Part shown: positions 59,252 through 64,000 of the stretch, piece by piece
Layout of the letters: the number at the start of each line of letters is the position of its first letter
How positions within the stretch are numbered: position 1 is the first letter of the stretch
NCBI GenBank assembly: GCA_023245195.1
Contig: JAHFKU010000001.1
Location: 27,662-91,661, forward strand
Reading direction: 5' to 3'
Length of the DNA: 64,000 nucleotides
DNA from: Candidatus Staskawiczbacteria bacterium
GTDB taxonomy: Bacteria; Patescibacteriota; Minisyncoccia; Minisyncoccales; Staskawiczbacteraceae
The notes under the pieces: model-generated
The model's input: the letters and a program-made list of their open reading frames with translations, nothing else
The model's database searches: none
What the model was told of the DNA's origin: nothing
Translations under genes and position numbers: made by a program

Positions 59252-59439
59252 ATGGCTAAGCCACTTTCTGCTAAAATAGTAATTAAAGTTTTATGCAAGG
59301 AGTTTGGCTTTTTCTTTGTTTCACAAAGGGGTAGCCAAACTCCTTGCATAAAGAATTATCACCCGGAACATTAAAAGGAATTTTGGATTTAGCCCAAGTA
59401 GATGAAAAGGAATTTAGAGAAAAATTAATAGAATTTTGA
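59252..59439 (+). pseudogene. hicA: hicA toxin gene, frameshifted and internally shortened
   Basis: Frame 0 encodes ...IKVLCKEFGFFFVSQRGSQ... and stops at 59372-59374. The +2 frame continues NSLHKELSPGTLKGILDLAQ..., which is the HicA C-terminal motif. The GSH...TVP.H core is missing. Confidence 0.5.
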
Positions 59440-59522
59440 AAATTTTGTAAAAAAAAGACCCCGTTCCAGTTCTGGTGTGGGGTATGCGCCTACTTAATTC
59501 GGCACCTCTTTAACAATTTTGT

Positions 59523-59717
59523 TTATTTTTTTTCCATCTCGGTAACCGCTTTGGTGACCAAGCAAAGCCCTATTCCGGTCACCATGATATAGATTGCATC
59601 GATACGATTTTTTTCTCTGTCTGTTGATTCAGAAGTACCCATAAAAACTCCCGCCAGAAATATAAAAGATCCAACAGTCATGAATAATAGCGTACAGAAG
59701 CGAAAAAAGAGATTCAT
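59523..59717 (-). CDS. Small two-TM membrane protein, hypothetical
   Basis: 64 aa with two hydrophobic helices. Confidence 0.3.
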   Translation of the reverse strand: MNLFFRFCTLLFMTVGSFIFLAGVFMGTSESTDREKNRIDAIYIMVTGIGLCLVTKAVTEMEKK

Positions 59718-59796
59718 GCGGATTCTCCTTGAGAGATAGAAATCGCCAAGTTAGAGAGCTATATACATACTATATTACTAATAATATTTTGTCAAT

Positions 59797-59845
59797 TAAT
59801 TGATTAGAAATTATTTAAAAATTCAAAATTAGAAATTAAAAATTC
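59797..59845. repeat. Family-4 half-element immediately upstream of the fusA ATG
   Basis: AATTGATTAGAAATTATTTAAAAATTCAAAATTAGAAATTAAAAATTC. Confidence 0.5.
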
Positions 59846-61921
59846 ATGAGTAGACAATATCCTATCGAAAAAATGCGAAACTTCGGAATCATCGCCCACA
59901 TTGATGCCGGTAAAACAACGGTATCCGAGCGCCTTTTGTTTTATACCGGCGTGTCCCACAAAATCGGAGAAGTGCACGAAGGCGACACCGTAATGGACTG
60001 GATGCCTCAAGAACGAGAACGGGGAATTACCATTACCGCTGCTGCGATCACCATGCACTGGAAGGGGATTCAAATGAACTTAATTGATACTCCTGGTCAC
60101 ATTGACTTTACGGCTGAAGTACAAAGATCATTAAGGGTTTTAGATGGAGCCGTAGTTGTCTTTGACGGCGTGGCCGGAGTTGAGCCCCAGTCTGAAACCG
60201 TTTGGCGCCAAGCTGATAAATACGGCACGCCGCGGGTTTGCTTTATTAATAAATTAGACCGCATGGGCGGCAGTTTTGAAAAATCTTTTCAGTCTATTTT
60301 AGATAAATTGACCAAAAATGCGGTGGCCATGACATTGCCCATTGGAGAAGAAGAAAATTTATCTGCGGTTATTGATTTGCTTAAGATGAAAGCCATTCAC
60401 TTTGAAGGTGAAAAAGGAGAGAAAGTAGTTGAAAAAGAAATTCCAGCTGAAATGATGGAAAAAGCCAAGGCTTGGCGCGAAAAAATGGTAGATAGGATCG
60501 CCGGCGAAGACGACACATTAACAAATAAATTATTGGGCGGAGAAGAGATTTCACAAGAAGAATTAATGGCAACCATGCGAAAAGCTTGTTTGGCTTTTAA
60601 ATTAGTGCCGGTATTTTGCGGCAGTGCTTTAAAAAATAAAGGCACCCAGTTTATTTTAGACGCCGTGATTGATTACTTGCCCGGCCCTATGGATATTGGA
60701 ATGGTTAAGGGAACCGATCCTAAAACCGGTGCCGAAATAGAAAGGAAATTTTCTGATACTGAACCATTTGCGGCTTTGGTGTTTAAAGTTGCCACGGATC
60801 CCTTTGTGGGCCAGCTGACGTTTTTTAGAGTCTATTCTGGAACCCTAAATAAAGGAACCTATGTCTTAAATTCAGTAACGGGCGAGCAAGAAAGAATTGC
60901 CCGGATTTTACGGATGAAATCAAATTCACGGGAAGAATTAGATGTGCTTTATGCCGGCGAAATCGGCGCTACGGTTGGATTGAAAGATACTTCAACTGGC
61001 CATACATTGTGCGACAAAGACAAGCCAGTGATTTTGGAAAAGATTTCTTTCCCAGAACCGGTTATTTCTATGCGGGTTGAGCCAAAAACCAAAGCTGACC
61101 AAGAAAAATTAATCATGTCGATTAGAAAACTTACTCAAGAAGATCCGACTTTTAGAATTAAGGAAGATATAGAAACCGGTGAAACCATTATTTCTGGCAT
61201 GGGAGAGTTGCACTTAGATATTATTCAAGATCGATTGCGCCGTGAATTTAATGTCGATGCTAACTTTGGCCGGCCTCAAGTGGCTTATAAAGAAACGATT
61301 ACCGGCGAAGCCGAAGCCGAAGAAAAATATGTCAGGCAGTCTGGCGGAAAAGGGCAGTATGGCCATGTGTGCATTAGGTTAAAGCCGTTGGAACGGGGCG
61401 CTGGATTTTCGTTTATTGATGAAATTAAGGGAGGCGCCATTCCAAAAGAATTTATTAAGCCAACCGAAAAAGGTATTATTGAGGCTTTAGATAAGGGAAT
61501 TGTGGCTGGTTATCCGATGGTAGACGTAGAAGTTACCTTGTTTGATGGAAGTTTCCATGATGTTGACTCTTCAGAATTTGCCTTTAAGATTGCCGGATCT
61601 ATTGCCCTGCAAGCCGGTGCCAAGCGCGCCAAACCGGTGATTTTGGAACCGATTATGAAAACCGAAGTTATCACTCCGGAAGCATTTTTTGGCCCAGTTA
61701 TTTCTGACTTAAATTCTCGCCGAGGAAAAATTGAACAAACCTATGAACGGGCTGGCATGAAAGTGATGGATGCCATGGTACCATTATCCGAAATGTTTGG
61801 GTATGCGACCGCCCTTCGTTCTCTAACAGAAGGCCGCGCATCGTTTACGATGGAGTTTAATTCCTACGAGCAAGTGCCTTCAAATGTGGCACAACAGATT
61901 ATTGAGGGGAAGACGAAATAG
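59846..61921 (+). CDS. fusA: Elongation factor G
   Basis: Full-length EF-G with GTPase motifs AHIDAGKTT, DTPGH and NKLD, plus domains II-V. Confidence 0.95.
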   Translation: MSRQYPIEKMRNFGIIAHIDAGKTTVSERLLFYTGVSHKIGEVHEGDTVMDWMPQERERGITITAAAITMHWKGIQMNLIDTPGHIDFTAEVQRSLRVLDGAVVVFDGVAGVEPQSETVWRQADKYGTPRVCFINKLDRMGGSFEKSFQSILDKLTKNAVAMTLPIGEEENLSAVIDLLKMKAIHFEGEKGEKVVEKEIPAEMMEKAKAWREKMVDRIAGEDDTLTNKLLGGEEISQEELMATMRKACLAFKLVPVFCGSALKNKGTQFILDAVIDYLPGPMDIGMVKGTDPKTGAEIERKFSDTEPFAALVFKVATDPFVGQLTFFRVYSGTLNKGTYVLNSVTGEQERIARILRMKSNSREELDVLYAGEIGATVGLKDTSTGHTLCDKDKPVILEKISFPEPVISMRVEPKTKADQEKLIMSIRKLTQEDPTFRIKEDIETGETIISGMGELHLDIIQDRLRREFNVDANFGRPQVAYKETITGEAEAEEKYVRQSGGKGQYGHVCIRLKPLERGAGFSFIDEIKGGAIPKEFIKPTEKGIIEALDKGIVAGYPMVDVEVTLFDGSFHDVDSSEFAFKIAGSIALQAGAKRAKPVILEPIMKTEVITPEAFFGPVISDLNSRRGKIEQTYERAGMKVMDAMVPLSEMFGYATALRSLTEGRASFTMEFNSYEQVPSNVAQQIIEGKTK

Positions 61922-61988
61922 TAAAATTTTACAAGAAAAAACCCCGCAACACGAAGTTGGGGGTGGGTTGATTAATTAAAAGAGCGGT

Positions 61989-62372
61989 TCAAGAAAGAGC
62001 TTTTAGCAGATCATCAAGCAGTTCGTCTTGTATTGGGGTTGCAATTGATGCCGCTTTCACACCGCCAAGCTCATTGAGTTTGCCGCGATACGCCAGAAGA
62101 ATAGCATTGAGCGCCACGAGGGGAATCTTCTCTTCCCACGAGCATTTCGCCAGGAACTCGCGCGTCGGTGCCTCTCCGTGTTGCTCGATGCAAACTTTGC
62201 CATTCTTGGTGATAGTGATAACCATTGTTTCGGGTCGATCTTTTTCTGGTTTTTGTATCACGAAACCAAAGAGTCGGCTTGCGTTCAATTTAGGAGCTGA
62301 AAGTAAAAATTCTCCCGCAACCTGCGTATTTGTTTCTTCGAATGTCTCCAAATAGATTTCTGTTCGGATCAT
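61989..62372 (-). CDS. Hypothetical protein on a GC-rich insertion between fusA and tuf
   Basis: 127 aa, GC ~48-50%, with a strong SD (TTGAGGAGGACTATTCGATG on the minus strand); no family recognised. Confidence 0.35.
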   Translation of the reverse strand: MIRTEIYLETFEETNTQVAGEFLLSAPKLNASRLFGFVIQKPEKDRPETMVITITKNGKVCIEQHGEAPTREFLAKCSWEEKIPLVALNAILLAYRGKLNELGGVKAASIATPIQDELLDDLLKALS

Positions 62373-62510
62373 CGAATAGTCCTCCTCAATACGGTTGAAG
62401 TTGGAAATGAGCGATTTTTAACGTTAATCTTTTTTTCAGGATTTGTCAAATTTGACACGCTTTTCTGGAGGATTATAATGAGAGCATAATATAAAATAGA
62501 TTTTAAAAGT

Positions 62511-62786
62511 ATGAGCGAAGGTTACGCAGAGTTAATTCAGTATTTAGATGAAAAATTCAATAAAATTGGATTGGATTTAGTTGAAGTAAAAACAGATAAA
62601 GCTGATAAGGTAGATATTGCTTCTTTAAAAAAATCTTTTAATGATCTGCAAACTTCTGTTGATACATATGCCCAAAAAGCAGATACGTATTTTCAGGAAA
62701 TGGCCATGCTAACTCACAAAGTAAATAGACTCGAAAAATTTTTGGAAAAGGTGGCCGAAAAACTGGATATGAAATTTGAATATTAG
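62511..62786 (+). CDS. Hypothetical coiled-coil protein
   Basis: 91 aa with heptad-like charged helices. Confidence 0.3.
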   Translation: MSEGYAELIQYLDEKFNKIGLDLVEVKTDKADKVDIASLKKSFNDLQTSVDTYAQKADTYFQEMAMLTHKVNRLEKFLEKVAEKLDMKFEY

Positions 62787-62904
62787 CCTGTTTTAAGAAA
62801 AAGGGCGCAGAAAGGGGCGTTTTTTTTCAATAGGTCTTATTTATTCGTTTAAAAATTTGTAAAAAAAGAGCGCCAGTTTCTATATTTGGCGCACATGAGC
62901 ATTG

Positions 62905-63102
62905 TTACACAGTTTTGCGCGTGGCGGGTTTCTTTTTACGCTTTACCATATGCACATTGATTTCGTCGCTCCGAGGGTTTGACCTTAAGCGGGCTATTTT
63001 CCACCCGCCTGCAAGAAGCTTATTAAGATTTCTCATCCTTTTTTCGCCCTCTTTTGAATAATCGTTTTCTTTGATCTTTCTTAAGAGGATTTTCTTGCCC
63101 AT
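62905..63102 (-). CDS. Small basic hypothetical protein
   Basis: 65 aa and K/R-rich. Confidence 0.3.
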   Translation of the reverse strand: MGKKILLRKIKENDYSKEGEKRMRNLNKLLAGGWKIARLRSNPRSDEINVHMVKRKKKPATRKTV

Positions 63103-63336
63103 GATTTCTCCTTATAAGTGCGGGCGAGCCTGTTAATGACCTGCATGCAATGTATTACAATAATCGGCATTTGTCAATAAAAATGTAAAACCGGCCACAT
63201 TGTATTGACTTATTAAAAATAGTATAATAGTATTAATAGAGTAAATAAATTTCACATAACACGTAACACATAACACGTAACAAAAAACGATTTCGTTGTT
63301 TTGTTCCATGTTTCATGTTATGTGTTTCATGATAAA

Positions 63337-64000
63337 ATGGCAGCAGAAAAATTTGAGAGGTCAAAACCTCACGTAAACATTGGTACCATCGGCCACGTTG
63401 ACCATGGAAAAACTACCACGTCAGCCGCAATTATGCACGTAACCAAATTACGTGGCTTAAAGTCGTCCGGACAAGGTGTTGATGAAATTGATAAGTCTCC
63501 GGAAGAAAAAGCTCGAGGGGTCACGATTTCTATCACTCACTTGGAAATGGAAACTCCAAAAAGGCACTATGCCTTAATTGACTGCCCGGGACACGCTGAC
63601 TACATTAAAAACATGATTACCGGAGCCGCTCAAATGGACGGCGGAATTTTAGTGGTATCAGCTCCAGACGGACCGATGCCTCAAACCAAAGAACATATTT
63701 TATTGGCCAAGCAAGTTGGTTTGCCAAGCCTTTTGGTATGGATGAACAAATGCGATATGGTAGATGATCCAGAAATTTTGGATTTGGTTGAATCTGAAAT
63801 CCGTGAATTATTGAAAAAATACGGGTTTCCAGGAGATACTACGCCAATTATCAGGGGTTCAGCCGTTAAAGCTTTAGCTGCAACTTCTCTTGATGATGCC
63901 GCTGCCAAGCCAATCGTTGAATTATTGGATGCTTGCGATAATTATATTCCAGAACCTACCCGCGAATTAGACAAGCCTTTTGCGATGGCTATTGAAGACG
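63337..64000 (+). CDS. tuf: Elongation factor Tu, 5' partial (continues beyond the window)
   Basis: [27 protein letters not shown]... with G1-G3 motifs; no stop within the window. Confidence 0.95.
   Translation, partial: MAAEKFERSKPHVNIGTIGHVDHGKTTTSAAIMHVTKLRGLKSSGQGVDEIDKSPEEKARGVTISITHLEMETPKRHYALIDCPGHADYIKNMITGAAQMDGGILVVSAPDGPMPQTKEHILLAKQVGLPSLLVWMNKCDMVDDPEILDLVESEIRELLKKYGFPGDTTPIIRGSAVKALAATSLDDAAAKPIVELLDACDNYIPEPTRELDKPFAMAIED

Overview
This window is a low-GC (~35-40%) chromosomal segment with little or no Shine-Dalgarno (SD) usage. The gene content looks like Patescibacteria/CPR (Candidate Phyla Radiation) bacteria, but that assignment is inference only. Housekeeping genes present are secA, secD/secF, murB, hpf, tgt, sodA, ndk, and an rpsL-rpsG-fusA-tuf (str) operon whose tuf runs off the 3' end of the window. 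These are interleaved with unusually rich accessory content: (1) Two giant paralogous S/T/G-rich beta-helix surface proteins of ~1450 aa and ~4450 aa. They share near-identical DNA blocks and are separated by an IS200-like REP-associated tyrosine transposase (RAYT) with three copies of a REP hairpin. (2) At least five families of palindromic MITE/REP-like repeats that fill many intergenic spacers. They include the rpsL-rpsG spacer and the regions upstream of rpmB, rpsG and fusA. Remnants of one MITE family sit exactly at the 5' ends of both giant genes. (3) A transketolase N-subunit gene split in two by a free-standing HNH endonuclease gene, with a CxxCxGxG motif at each broken end. (4) Three GC-rich (~50%) foreign-looking islands whose genes carry strong AGGAGG ribosome-binding sites, unlike native genes. 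(5) A NUDIX/MazG house-cleaning cluster with an ArsR-type regulator flanked by two copies of a perfect palindromic operator. (6) A partial duplicate of rpmB truncated by a MITE, and a decayed hicBA module inserted inside the str operon. No CRISPR array, rRNA or convincing tRNA was found.
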